Sequence record: OZ346203.1
Length of the DNA: 48,114 nucleotides
Direction: 5' to 3' (one strand)
Origin: a phage
The translations under genes and the position numbers were made by a program. Below, piece by piece: positions 9,965-20,125 of this stretch (the first letter of the stretch is position 1; each line of letters begins with the position of its first letter). The notes beneath the pieces were generated by a model. That model did not search any database. It worked only from the letters and a program-made list of their open reading frames with translations, and was not told where the DNA came from.

Positions 9965-9978
9965 AAGGAGATCTTGAG

Positions 9979-10296
9979 ATGGCAAAGATGAAACTAACGT
10001 TAGGCCCACTGCCTGATTTTAAGCTGCCTGTTTCTTTCGTGCTTCCAAATGGTGATGAGCAAGTTATTGTTTTTACCGTGCGCCACAAGAAGGCAAGCGA
10101 GATTCACGAACGATACACGGCAGAAAAGCCGATGAGTGACGTAGAAATGATCACTTTCCTTGCTTCCGGTTGGGATCTGGAAGATGAATTTAACGAGGAA
10201 AACGTTGCTAAATTGCTGGATTATTACCCTTCTGCTTCATTATCGCTGACTGGTCATTATATGAAAGCACTTGCGGGGCAGCGGGTAAAAAACTAA
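9979..10296 (+). CDS. tail assembly chaperone G
   Basis: 105 aa; AAGGAG RBS; ends ...GQRVKN with slippery A_AAA_AAC at 10287-10293 just before TAA. Confidence 0.75.
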   Translation: MAKMKLTLGPLPDFKLPVSFVLPNGDEQVIVFTVRHKKASEIHERYTAEKPMSDVEMITFLASGWDLEDEFNEENVAKLLDYYPSASLSLTGHYMKALAGQRVKN

Positions 10297-10613
10297 AGCG
10301 GGCGGTTTACCTGTTTTACCTCAAGCCGCCAACTGACGCACAATTAGAGGCCGTCGGCCTATCCCGTTCAGACTACGAAGGGGAGGAGCCGCCGGAGGTA
10401 ATTTTTGATGAATCAATGTTTCAATCTTGGGATCTGTTTTGCGCTATGCAGACGCAATGGAGATCGACTAGCGGCAGTGTGTATGGGTTCGACTATAACG
10501 TTTTGCCTATGCTTTTTGACATTTACAAGATTGAGGATCGGGAGATGGCGCTAAATGATTTGCGCATCATGGAACAAAAGGCGCTAGAAATGATTCATTC
10601 AAACAAAACATAA
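9979..10613 (+). CDS. tail assembly chaperone G-T fusion via programmed -1 ribosomal frameshift
   Basis: -1 frame from 10293 is open to TAA at 10611-10613 and joins the 10416-10613 ORF; predicted product about 210 aa; canonical position between major tail and tape measure genes. Confidence 0.65.
10287..10293 (+). other. -1 programmed frameshift slippery heptamer A_AAA_AAC
   Basis: X_XXY_YYZ heptamer in frame with G, 1 nt before its TAA; -1 frame open for 106 further codons. Confidence 0.65.
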
Positions 10614-10633
10614 GCGCCGCAAGGCGCTTTTTT
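10613..10633 (+). terminator. intrinsic terminator after G-T
   Basis: AGCGCC/GGCGCT stem plus T6. Confidence 0.55.
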
Positions 10634-10652
10634 AATATCTGGAGGTTTTAAA

Positions 10653-13334
10653 ATGGCTGAGAAATACGCTGGCCTAACGCTAGGCGTTGACGTGTCGCAG
10701 GTCAATAATGCTGTTAAATCATTGCAGCAATTCAAGAAGGCAAACGACGACGCAAAAAAAAGCGTTAATGAATTTGTTGATTCTGAGGTTGTGGCCCGAC
10801 AGCAAGCAAAACAGCTTGCCGAAGAACTGGCGCGCCAGAAAGCAGAATTTAAGAAAATCCAGGAGTCAATTGATCCCACCGCATCAAAGATGGATAAGCT
10901 GCGAAAGGCAGCGACACAGCTTGATGCGCTATGGAAAAAGGGCGTTGTTCCTGATCAGACTTTTTTTGAGCTTGGGGCAATTCTTGAGACGCAGCAAAAC
11001 AAGCTGATCGCAACCAAAAAAGCGATGACAGAGGAAGGCCGCGCGGCGCTTGAGGAATCAAAGAACAAGGCGCGCGCAGCGGAAGAGGCTAGAAAATTCG
11101 TCCAGGCTTTGCGTGAGCAGGAGGAAGCAGCAGGAAAAAGCAAGTCTGAATTGCTGGAAATGAAAGCGGCACAGCTTGGAGTTAGCCAGGAAGCAGCGCC
11201 TTACATCGCAAGGCTGAAAGAGCAGGAAAAGCAGATCCAGAAACTTGGAATTTCTACGGGCCAATACAATCAAGCAATGAAGCTATTGCCAATGCAGATC
11301 ACAGACGTGGTGACTTCACTTGCTTCTGGTATGCCCGTTTGGTTGGTAGCAATCCAGCAGGGTGGACAGATTAAGGATTCTTTTGGTGGGGTGGCTAATA
11401 CATTTAAGGCACTAATGACCTTTATCACTCCTTTAAGTGCTGGAATGACTGTGTTGACTGGTGCTCTTGGATTTGCTGCATACAATGCATATAAGGCAAA
11501 TGCGCAGCTAAAGGAGATCACAAAAACAGTTGAGGATGCAACTGGTCTTTCTGGTGAGTTTGCCGAAAAGATTGCTACCGGAATCCAGGAGCTTTCCGAC
11601 AAAACAGGAGAAAGCGCCGAAGATCTGGCAAAGGCTTACATCACCACGAAAGACGGCGCGAGCGAGGCGATTAAAAAACTGGTTGACGTTGGCATGACTT
11701 ATGATGACGCAAAAAAGAAAGTCAACGAGTACAAGGGCGCGTCTAGCTTTGTTAGCTTGAATAACGAAATTGCAAACCACAAAAACAAAGTCCTTGAGTT
11801 GGGCGATTCGTGGTATGAAGTGTTGAAAGCGAAACGTGATTACGCTTCCCCGTCAGGCGGCCTGTTAGGTAAAGAGCTTGGCTATGTTAATCCTATGCTT
11901 AAGTTTGCACTTAACACTTATGAAGACATTGGAAAGGTCGTAAAAGATGCGAATAGGGATATGGCTGAGCGAGCGGAGCGAATCGACAAAGAAAACCTGT
12001 CATTAAACAGAGTGAGAGCAGCACAAGAGGCTTTAAACAAAGCCATTGAGGATCAGAAGGGTGTGGCGCGTTCTGCTGATGAAGAACTGAAAAAGCGAGC
12101 GGCTGAAAACGTGGAGTTCAGACGCAAAGAGCTTGAGGAGATCAAGAAGCAGGAGCAGAAAAAGAAAGAGGCTAAAGGCGGAATAGTTCGCGGCCCGACT
12201 GAGCAGCTTGATAAAGAGTTGTACGTTTTAAAGGCGCAACTGGAAACGCTTAAAGAGCATCGCACTGTTAATGATGTTATTTCTCGTCAGCGTAAATCTT
12301 TATGGAGCATCGAAAAGCAGATAGAGATCCTGGAGGATGCGCAGAGCAAGCGTAAATTGACCGGAGCGGAACAGGCGCTACTAAACGAGCAAAAAGCCGT
12401 TCTTGAAATGGCAAGGCAAAAAGCGGAGTTAGGGGATCAGATTGTTTTGCAGGAGCGCAAAAACAAGCTGGAGCAAGATAGCATTAAGTTTATCCGTGAA
12501 ACGCAGGCGGCTATTGATGTGCTTGGCCTTAAGCAACTTGGCTACACTGAAAAGCAGATCGAGCGCGAGCTAGAGTTACGCAAGCTGCGCACCGACTACG
12601 AGGCGCAAGGCGGAAGCGTTAGCGATGAAGTTTTTCAGCAAATGGAGGCAAAACTTAAGCTGTATTACCAGACGCAAGACGAGGCGCAAAGCAACTGGTT
12701 AGCCGGAGCAAAGAACGCATGGGAGCTATTCGCGGAAGATGCAAACAATGCCTATGGCAATGTTCAGCAGATCGCAAGCGAGGCGTTAAACGGCCTTACA
12801 AACCAACTAGCGAATTTTATCGCTACTGGCAAGGCAAACTTTAAAGACTTATCGACGGCTATCATCAAAATGATTATTCAGATGATCACGAAAATGGTTG
12901 TCTTTAATGCTTTATCTGGCCTGATGGGTGGTCAAACCTGGACGATGGGGAGCTTGCTTAAGAACATTGGCGGATTTGCTGGCGGTGGATACACTGGCGA
13001 CGGCGGGAAGTATGAGCCAGCCGGAATTGTCCATAAGGGTGAATTTGTCATGACGAAGGAGGCGACGCAGCGTATCGGGGTAGGCAACTTGTACCGCATG
13101 ATGCGAGGCTATGCTAACGGCGGCGTTGTTGGTAGTTCCGGCTATACTGGCGGTGGCGCTGTCACTGGTGGAGCACCTCAATTTAACATTGGTGGGATTG
13201 ATGTTAGCATCAATAACGGCAGCGATCCGAAGGGCATCGAAACTGGCGTTAAGATGATCTTTACTGATATGATTAAACGTTCCTGTATGCAGGGCGGGGA
13301 GGTTTACGAATTTGTTATGAGCAAGCGAGGTTGA
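10653..13334 (+). CDS. tail tape measure protein
   Basis: 893 aa; long alpha-helical/coiled-coil regions, hydrophobic segment, Gly-rich C-terminus; position after G/GT. Confidence 0.9.
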   Translation: MAEKYAGLTLGVDVSQVNNAVKSLQQFKKANDDAKKSVNEFVDSEVVARQQAKQLAEELARQKAEFKKIQESIDPTASKMDKLRKAATQLDALWKKGVVPDQTFFELGAILETQQNKLIATKKAMTEEGRAALEESKNKARAAEEARKFVQALREQEEAAGKSKSELLEMKAAQLGVSQEAAPYIARLKEQEKQIQKLGISTGQYNQAMKLLPMQITDVVTSLASGMPVWLVAIQQGGQIKDSFGGVANTFKALMTFITPLSAGMTVLTGALGFAAYNAYKANAQLKEITKTVEDATGLSGEFAEKIATGIQELSDKTGESAEDLAKAYITTKDGASEAIKKLVDVGMTYDDAKKKVNEYKGASSFVSLNNEIANHKNKVLELGDSWYEVLKAKRDYASPSGGLLGKELGYVNPMLKFALNTYEDIGKVVKDANRDMAERAERIDKENLSLNRVRAAQEALNKAIEDQKGVARSADEELKKRAAENVEFRRKELEEIKKQEQKKKEAKGGIVRGPTEQLDKELYVLKAQLETLKEHRTVNDVISRQRKSLWSIEKQIEILEDAQSKRKLTGAEQALLNEQKAVLEMARQKAELGDQIVLQERKNKLEQDSIKFIRETQAAIDVLGLKQLGYTEKQIERELELRKLRTDYEAQGGSVSDEVFQQMEAKLKLYYQTQDEAQSNWLAGAKNAWELFAEDANNAYGNVQQIASEALNGLTNQLANFIATGKANFKDLSTAIIKMIIQMITKMVVFNALSGLMGGQTWTMGSLLKNIGGFAGGGYTGDGGKYEPAGIVHKGEFVMTKEATQRIGVGNLYRMMRGYANGGVVGSSGYTGGGAVTGGAPQFNIGGIDVSINNGSDPKGIETGVKMIFTDMIKRSCMQGGEVYEFVMSKRG

Positions 13335-13336
13335 TA

Positions 13337-13687
13337 ATGAAGCTGGATCAGTTTAAGTGGTGTACGCAGGTTCAGAACGGCGGCGGGTCCATGACGTCAT
13401 CAAATAACGATCGAGAGATTGCATTCGGTAACGGATACACACAGGTAGCATCTGGAGGCTTTAACACAATCCGGCGAGAGTTTAGCATTGTTTACGCTGG
13501 GCTTGATTACAGAGATGTTGTCAAGTTCCTGAATGAGCACAGGCTAAAACCTTTCTTGTGGATCATGCCAGATGGAAGCCCTGGATTGTTTAGGGTGAAA
13601 AGCGGTAGCGTCGGGCTTACTCCGTTGTCGCCAACCGTTCAGGAAGTAAAAGCCACTTTTACGGAACAATTTACATCAATGCAGTAA
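13337..13687 (+). CDS. minor tail protein M (lambda gpM-like)
   Basis: 116 aa from ATG 13337; FGNGYTQ and FLW motifs resemble lambda gpM; follows tape measure. Confidence 0.75.
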   Translation: MKLDQFKWCTQVQNGGGSMTSSNNDREIAFGNGYTQVASGGFNTIRREFSIVYAGLDYRDVVKFLNEHRLKPFLWIMPDGSPGLFRVKSGSVGLTPLSPTVQEVKATFTEQFTSMQ

Positions 13688-13692
13688 TTTTA

Positions 13693-13716
13693 AAGCCGCC
13701 TTTGTGCGGCTTTTTT
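13693..13716 (+). terminator. intrinsic terminator after gpM-like gene
   Basis: GCCGC/GCGGC stem plus T6. Confidence 0.55.
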
Positions 13717-13750
13717 CTTGATGTTACAATGAGCAAAAAGGAGGTAGAAA

Positions 13751-14512
13751 ATGGCTAATAAAGAATCAGGTAGAGTTGAATTTGAGAACTGCCTACAAAG
13801 TTTGTACCCAGGCGAAATTATAACGCTTGTAGAGATTGACGGGACGAAGTTCGGAGCAAATATTTACCGATTTCACAATGAGAACATCTCTTATACTGCC
13901 GAAGAATTAATGCAAGCGCAGCAAACTGGAATCTTGCCGCCGAAAGATATTATTTTCCGGGGTGAGGTTTACGGGGCGCGGCCTTTCGGTGTGAGCGGGA
14001 TTAACTTCACAAGTAACGGCAGGGCAGATAAGCCTCAGCTTATATTGTCAAACCTTGACAGCAGGGTTAGCGCAATGATCAGAAATTACAATGGCATGAT
14101 GCAAGCAAAGGTGACTTTCTGGATCACGGCAAAGGAATTTATCGGAGAAGGCGGAGCAATCAAAGATGGCGCTTACAGAAAATTGGTTTATTACATTGAG
14201 CGACCAAGCCAGTATAATAGAGAGGTGGCGAAATTTGATCTGACGTCGCCTTACGATATGGATGGATTGATGATCCCGCCGCGCATCACTCAAAGCGTTT
14301 GCTATTGGGCGCAAAGGGGGTGGTACAGGAGCGGAAAGGGTTGCTCTTATAACGGATCGGCAATGTTCGATAAAGACAATAAGCCAGTAACAGATCCATC
14401 ACAAGACTATTGCGCCGGAACTGTAACGGCTTGCAAATTGAGATTCGGTCAGCAAAACGAGTTGGATTTCGGCGGTTGCGCGGTGGCGTCACTGCTACGG
14501 AGGAATCAATAA
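13751..14512 (+). CDS. minor tail protein L (lambda gpL-like)
   Basis: 253 aa; C-terminal cysteine cluster (CAGTVTAC...GGCAV) as in Fe-S-binding gpL; synteny M-L-K-I-J. Confidence 0.8.
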   Translation: MANKESGRVEFENCLQSLYPGEIITLVEIDGTKFGANIYRFHNENISYTAEELMQAQQTGILPPKDIIFRGEVYGARPFGVSGINFTSNGRADKPQLILSNLDSRVSAMIRNYNGMMQAKVTFWITAKEFIGEGGAIKDGAYRKLVYYIERPSQYNREVAKFDLTSPYDMDGLMIPPRITQSVCYWAQRGWYRSGKGCSYNGSAMFDKDNKPVTDPSQDYCAGTVTACKLRFGQQNELDFGGCAVASLLRRNQ

Positions 14513-15243
14513 TGATTAGTGCAAAAATTAAACTTGAAATAATGCAGCACGTTAAAGAGGAATACCCTAAAGAGGCTTGCGGCGTCATAACTCAAAAGTC
14601 ACGGGTACAGAAATATCACCGCATAACCAACGTGCATGACGATCCAGAAAATCATTTTGAAATGGATGCCGTAGAATACGCTGAATCGCTCGACAAAGGC
14701 GAATTAATCGCGGTGGTACATTCCCATTGCGGTGACGGTGCTAGTACGATACCGAGCGCGCACGACTCGTGTATGTGCGATGAAATGGGTGTATCGTGGA
14801 TTATAGTTTCATGGCCCGAAGGTGATATGAGAATTGTCGAGCCGCAGGAGAGGCCGCTTATCGGTCGCCCGTGGTCGCTGGGGTCGTTCGATTGCTGGGG
14901 TCTTATCATGGCATGGCATAAACAGCACGGAATAGTATTGAATGACTTCCGAAAGCCTTACGAGTGGTGGAAGTCAGAATATGGTGAAAATCTTTACCAG
15001 GATAATTATTTGAAAGAGGGATTTGTTGAAACTAACGAGCCTCCAAAACCTGGTGATATGGTGATTATGCAGCTATCATCGCCAGTCTGGAATCATGCGG
15101 GGATTTATTTGGGTAACAATCAGCTATTACATCATGCGTTTGGAAAGCTATCTCGCATCGACTTGTATTCTGGATGGTATCAGGAGCACACTGTAAAAAT
15201 TTGCCGACATAAGGATCTGAAATATGACATTGAAAGTAATTAA
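14512..15243 (+). CDS. tail assembly protein K (JAB/MPN plus NlpC/P60 domains)
   Basis: 243 aa from ATG 14512 (TAATG overlap with L); JAMM-like HSHCGDGASTIPSAHD; NlpC/P60-like Cys (SFDCWGL) and His. Confidence 0.85.
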   Translation: MISAKIKLEIMQHVKEEYPKEACGVITQKSRVQKYHRITNVHDDPENHFEMDAVEYAESLDKGELIAVVHSHCGDGASTIPSAHDSCMCDEMGVSWIIVSWPEGDMRIVEPQERPLIGRPWSLGSFDCWGLIMAWHKQHGIVLNDFRKPYEWWKSEYGENLYQDNYLKEGFVETNEPPKPGDMVIMQLSSPVWNHAGIYLGNNQLLHHAFGKLSRIDLYSGWYQEHTVKICRHKDLKYDIESN

Positions 15244-15823
15244 ACTATCTGGTTCCCTGGGTCGTAGATTTGGCGTCTTTCATAAAATGGCGGTTGACTC
15301 ATACCCCGAAGCAATACGCGCGTTATCTTCCCAAGTTGATGGGTTCAAAGACTACATGCAAAGCGAAGTAGGATCGCGTATGCGTTACGCTGTTATTGTT
15401 GACGGCAAAGAGATTAGCCAGCATGACGAACGCACTTGGAAATGCGCGAAAGAGGTCAGGATAATTCCAATTCCCACGGGGTCGAAGTCAGGAGGGCTGT
15501 TCCAATCCATACTTGGTGTTACCATTATGGCGGTGGCAGTGATTGCAAGTGGCGGCGTGGCAGCAATGATGGCTAGTTCGTTTGCATCTTCTGCTTTCCT
15601 CATGGGCGGTGCTATCGCGCTTGGCGGTGTCATGCAAATGATTTCGCCGCAGCAGGGCGGAATGAAACTGCAAAGCCAATCAGCAGAAAACAAGCCTTCT
15701 TACGCTTTCGGCGGCGCAGTAAATACCACGGCGGCAGGTTATCCGGTTCCTTTGCCATATGGATATAGGACAGTAGGCGGAGCGATCTGGTCGGCTGGAA
15801 GCTACGCAGAAGATAAAGCATAA
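15224..15823 (+). CDS. tail assembly protein I (lambda gpI-like)
   Basis: 199 aa; hydrophobic Gly/Ala-rich C-terminal half; followed by terminator. Confidence 0.7.
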   Translation: MTLKVIKLSGSLGRRFGVFHKMAVDSYPEAIRALSSQVDGFKDYMQSEVGSRMRYAVIVDGKEISQHDERTWKCAKEVRIIPIPTGSKSGGLFQSILGVTIMAVAVIASGGVAAMMASSFASSAFLMGGAIALGGVMQMISPQQGGMKLQSQSAENKPSYAFGGAVNTTAAGYPVPLPYGYRTVGGAIWSAGSYAEDKA

Positions 15824-15828
15824 AAAAA

Positions 15829-15852
15829 TACCCGCCTTGCGCGGGTTTTTTT
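15829..15852 (+). terminator. intrinsic terminator after gpI-like gene
   Basis: CCCGC/GCGGG stem plus T7. Confidence 0.6.
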
Positions 15853-15901
15853 GTGCCTTTATAATGTTCAAACCAAGAAACAGCACAAAAGGTTAAAAGT
15901 C

Positions 15902-18900
15902 ATGGCTAAACATATGATAAGCGGCAGTAAGGGCGGAAGCAAAAAGCCATACGTGCCAAAAGAGATGGAAGATAACCTGATCTCGATAAACAAGATTAAA
16001 GTTTTGCTGGCTGTATCTGATGGCGAGTGCGATCCAGATTTCACGTTGCGTGATCTTTATCTTGATGATGTTCCTGTAATTGCCAGCGATGGCACTGTTA
16101 ACTATGAGGGGGTAACGGCTGAATATAGGCCAGGCACACAGACGCAAGATTACATCCAGGGGTTTACTGACACATCAAGCGAGGTGACAGTTTCGCGAGA
16201 TATTACAGCAGACAATCCCTATATTATCTCTGTAACAAACAAAAATCTTTCCGCAATCAGAATCAAGATTCTGATGCCAACTGGCATAAAACAGGAGGAT
16301 AACGGCGATCTTGTTGGTGTAAGGGTTCAATATGCCGTAGATATGGCTGTTGATGGCGGTTCTTATAACGAGGTTATGAGAGATGTAATTGACGGCAAGA
16401 CAAGATCAGGGTATGACCGCAGCAGAAGGATTGATCTTCCTAAGTTTGAGGAGCGCGTTTTAATCAGAGTTAAGCGACTGACTCCAGATAGCACATCTTC
16501 AAAGGTGACTGATAAAATCAAACTGCAAAGTTACGCTGAGGTTGTGGATGCAAAATTCCGTTATCCTCTGACTGGACTTGTATTCGTAGAATTTGACAGC
16601 GAATTGTTTCCTACGCAAATCCCTAACATTTCTATAAAAAAGAAATGGAAGATTATTAATGTGCCAAGCAACTACGATCCAATATCAAGAGAATATCACG
16701 GGTCATGGGATGGTACTTTTAAAAAAGCGTGGTCAAATAATCCTGCATGGGTTCTTTATGATCTGGTGACGAATCAGCGTTATGGACTTGACCAGCGAGA
16801 GTTAGGAATACAGATCGACAAGTGGAGCTTATACGAGGCAGGTGTTTACTGTGATCAGAAAGTTCCAGACGGCAAGGGCGGGACAGAGCCTCGCTACCTA
16901 TGCGATGTGGTGATCCAGAATCAAGTAGAGGCTTATCAGCTAATCCGTGACATTTGCTCAATCTTTCGCGGAATGAGCTTTTGGAATGGAGAGAGCTTAT
17001 CAATCGTGATTGATAAACCGCGCGATCCATCATACGTGTTTACTAATGAAAACGTCATCAACGGTGATTTTCAGTACACAGCAGCAAGCGAAAAAAGCAT
17101 GTACACGCAATGTAATGTGACGTTTGACGACGAACAAAACATGTATCAACAGGACGTCGAGGGTGTTTTTGATACTGAGGCGGCATTACGATTTGGATAC
17201 AATCCAACAAGCATTACAGCGATCGGGTGTACACGCAGGAGCGAAGCGAATCGTCGCGGTCGGTGGGTTTTGAAAACAAACCTTAGAAGCACTACTGTAA
17301 ACTTTGCTACTGGACTGGAGGGGATGATTCCATCAATAGGTGATGTGATTGCTATCGCTGATAATTTTCAGAGCAGCAACCTAACGTTAAACCTATCGGG
17401 CCGAGTGATGGAAGTTTCAGGATTGCAGGTTTTCGTTCCGTTTAAGGTTGATGCTCGTCCTGGTGATTTTATTATCATCAACAAGCCGGACGGCAAGCCA
17501 GTTAAGCGAACGATCTCAAAGGTGAGCGCAGACGGAAAAACCATTGAGTTAAATATTGGATTTGGTTTTGATGTTAAGCCTGATACTGTTTTTGCGATTG
17601 ACCGTACTGACCTTGCGTTGCAGCAATACGTTGTGACAACTATCAGCAAGGGTGATGACGAAAACGAGTTTACCTTTTCAATCACGGCTGTGGAGTACGA
17701 TCCGAACAAATACGACGAGATTGATTATGGCGTAAACATTGATGACAGGCCAACTTCAATTGTTCAGCCTGACGTGATGGTAGCGCCTGAGAACGTGCAG
17801 ATCTCTTCTTATTCTCGCGTCGTGCAGGGTGTAAGCGTTGAAACTATGGTTGTGTCGTGGGATAAAGTGCCTTATGCATCGCTGTATGAAATGCAGTGGC
17901 GTAAAGGTGATGGAAACTGGCTGAATACACCACAGACCGCAAACAAAGAAGTTGAGGTTGAAGGTATTTATTCAGGTAACTACCAAGTAAGGGTGAGATC
18001 TGTTTCTGCTTCCGGTTCTACGTCGCCGTGGTCAAAGATTGCAACCGCCACCCTGACAGGTAAAGTTGGCGAGCCAGGAGCGCCGATTAATCTTACAGCT
18101 TCTGATAATGAAGTTTTTGGCATTCGTGTTAAATGGGGTATGCCGGAAGGATCAGGCGATACGGCTTACATTGAGCTTCACCAATCGCCGGATGGGACGG
18201 TGGAAAACTCAAGTTTGCTTACGCTGATCCCGTATCCTCAATATGAGTATTGGCATAGCACGTTACCAGCGGGTCAAGTTGTATGGTATAGAATCCGTAG
18301 CGTTGACAGGATCGGCAACGTTTCCGGCTGGACTGACTTTGTTCGCGGCATGGCGTCAGATGATGTTGAATCTGTTTTAGGCGACATTCTGGACAAGATT
18401 TTTGATACCGAAGCGGGTCAAGAAATCAAAGAGAACGCCATAGACAGTGCAAACAAAATCAAAGACCAGGCGCAATCAATCATCCAGAACGCATTGGCAA
18501 ACGATGCCGATGTGAAGTGGACGCGAGTACAAAACGGAAAGCGTAAGGCTGAATATGGTCATGCACTGGAGCTTATTGCTACCGAAACGGAGGCGCGAGT
18601 AACTCAAATCGAAGAGTTAAAGGCGTCAATTGATGAAGATATAGTTTCAAGTATCAAAACCGTTCAGGAAGCGATTGCCAACGAATCAGAGACGCGAGCT
18701 ACTCAAGTGCAGCAGCTTGATTCTAAATTTACGAAGGAAATAGACGGCGTAAAACGAGATACGGCTGCAAGTATTGGCGAGGTAAGGCAAACAATTGCCA
18801 ATGAATCAGAAGCGCGCGCCCAGGCAGTTCAGCAGCTTGACGCCAAGTTTACGAAAGAGATAAACGACCTTGACGAAGTTATCAAGACCGAAGTCGAGGC

Positions 18901-19480
18901 TAACATCTCAGAAGTGAAACAGGCGATCGCTAATGAGACAGAGGCGAGGGTTCAGGCTGACCAGGCTTTAACAGCCAAATTCGGAGACGTTGAATCAGCA
19001 CTAGCCGAAAAACTTGATTCGTGGGCTAACGTTGATTCGGTTGGCGCTAAGTACGCTATGAAATTGGGCCTTACTTACAAGGGACAGAAGTACAGCGCAG
19101 GAATGATCATGCAGTTGTCGCAATCTTCTCAAGGCTTGATCTCGCAAATCTTGTTTGATGCTAACAGGTTCGCGATCATGACTAGCTCTACTGGCGGAAC
19201 GTTTACTTTGCCTTTCGTTGTTGAAAACAACCAGGTTTTCATTAACAGCCTGCTAGTGAAAAACGGGTCCATTACTAACGCAATGATTGGTAACGTGATT
19301 CAGTCAAATAACTTTGTTCAGAATCAGCAAGGATGGAGGCTTGATAAAAATGGTAACTTTGAGAACTACGGAACGAGAGCGGGGGAAGGTGCTACAAAAT
19401 TCACTAACGAAGGATTAAAGGTGAAAGATGCAAATGGACAATTGAGGGTTGAAATAGGGAGAATAACCGGAAGTTGGTAA
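15902..19480 (+). CDS. central tail fibre / host specificity protein J
   Basis: 1192 aa from ATG 15902; N-terminus resembles lambda J; fibronectin-III-like region; imperfect C-terminal repeats. Confidence 0.85.
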   Translation: MAKHMISGSKGGSKKPYVPKEMEDNLISINKIKVLLAVSDGECDPDFTLRDLYLDDVPVIASDGTVNYEGVTAEYRPGTQTQDYIQGFTDTSSEVTVSRDITADNPYIISVTNKNLSAIRIKILMPTGIKQEDNGDLVGVRVQYAVDMAVDGGSYNEVMRDVIDGKTRSGYDRSRRIDLPKFEERVLIRVKRLTPDSTSSKVTDKIKLQSYAEVVDAKFRYPLTGLVFVEFDSELFPTQIPNISIKKKWKIINVPSNYDPISREYHGSWDGTFKKAWSNNPAWVLYDLVTNQRYGLDQRELGIQIDKWSLYEAGVYCDQKVPDGKGGTEPRYLCDVVIQNQVEAYQLIRDICSIFRGMSFWNGESLSIVIDKPRDPSYVFTNENVINGDFQYTAASEKSMYTQCNVTFDDEQNMYQQDVEGVFDTEAALRFGYNPTSITAIGCTRRSEANRRGRWVLKTNLRSTTVNFATGLEGMIPSIGDVIAIADNFQSSNLTLNLSGRVMEVSGLQVFVPFKVDARPGDFIIINKPDGKPVKRTISKVSADGKTIELNIGFGFDVKPDTVFAIDRTDLALQQYVVTTISKGDDENEFTFSITAVEYDPNKYDEIDYGVNIDDRPTSIVQPDVMVAPENVQISSYSRVVQGVSVETMVVSWDKVPYASLYEMQWRKGDGNWLNTPQTANKEVEVEGIYSGNYQVRVRSVSASGSTSPWSKIATATLTGKVGEPGAPINLTASDNEVFGIRVKWGMPEGSGDTAYIELHQSPDGTVENSSLLTLIPYPQYEYWHSTLPAGQVVWYRIRSVDRIGNVSGWTDFVRGMASDDVESVLGDILDKIFDTEAGQEIKENAIDSANKIKDQAQSIIQNALANDADVKWTRVQNGKRKAEYGHALELIATETEARVTQIEELKASIDEDIVSSIKTVQEAIANESETRATQVQQLDSKFTKEIDGVKRDTAASIGEVRQTIANESEARAQAVQQLDAKFTKEINDLDEVIKTEVEANISEVKQAIANETEARVQADQALTAKFGDVESALAEKLDSWANVDSVGAKYAMKLGLTYKGQKYSAGMIMQLSQSSQGLISQILFDANRFAIMTSSTGGTFTLPFVVENNQVFINSLLVKNGSITNAMIGNVIQSNNFVQNQQGWRLDKNGNFENYGTRAGEGATKFTNEGLKVKDANGQLRVEIGRITGSW
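18600..19020 (+). repeat. imperfect in-frame repeats in J C-terminal region
   Basis: recurring IANESE(T/A)RA.QVQQLD.KFTKEI units at protein level. Confidence 0.5.
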
Positions 19481-19510
19481 AAAAAAGGGGGCATAGCCCC
19501 CTTTAATTTT
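19479..19510. terminator. bidirectional terminator between convergent J and minus-strand operon
   Basis: GGGGGC/GCCCCC hairpin flanked by A8 upstream and T-rich downstream. Confidence 0.6.
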
Positions 19511-20123
19511 AATCATAGTGTGATGAATTTATAACCAAAACAGATGAAGCCGTGTAAATACCAACAGGACCAGAAGTTTGCGCAACCTGCCTAGATAAAG
19601 AATATACCCCGTTGCCATACGCGGCAGCTTGAGACTCAAATATCATGAATCCACCTAAAGACGGATTACGCACAGAGTTTAAAGCTGTTAGTGATGGCAT
19701 GATGGCGCAAGGGTATCCCAAGTTAACGTCAAAAGTGATCCCGCTTACAGATACAAGTTTTGCATCCAAAGGCTTCATCTTTCCATGATAAACCATCTCA
19801 CCATTAGCATTATAAAAAGCTATTCCGTGACTACCAGGAGGAGTAACCATATTGCTAAAAGCATAAACAAATACCTCACCTTGATTGTCGGACTTTTCTA
19901 TCTTTATTGCGTGCTTCCCACCATTATTAAACTGATTAAATGCTATGTATGATTTTGATGTTAACCTTACAAAAAAGAAGCACGGCCTATTTATTGGTAT
20001 AGAAGTATTAAAAACGGTTCCTGTTTTTGCTGATATTTTACCTTTATCTATAAGGTTAACAGGAGTGAAATCTGGACTTAACCACAATGATCCGTCTGGT
20101 TTTTTTATGCTCATCCCGTACAT
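19509..20123 (-). CDS. hypothetical protein (cor operon, distal gene)
   Basis: 204 aa from ATG 20123 (track start 20135 is TTG); ATG lies 2 nt after the TAA of the upstream gene; convergent with J. Confidence 0.5.
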   Translation of the reverse strand: MYGMSIKKPDGSLWLSPDFTPVNLIDKGKISAKTGTVFNTSIPINRPCFFFVRLTSKSYIAFNQFNNGGKHAIKIEKSDNQGEVFVYAFSNMVTPPGSHGIAFYNANGEMVYHGKMKPLDAKLVSVSGITFDVNLGYPCAIMPSLTALNSVRNPSLGGFMIFESQAAAYGNGVYSLSRQVAQTSGPVGIYTASSVLVINSSHYD

Positions 20124-20125
20124 TA

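Noticed and set aside
10687-11780. Multiple ORFs on both strands inside the tape measure gene
   Set aside because: Shadow ORFs in alternative frames of a long, biased-composition gene; no RBS or coupling signals.
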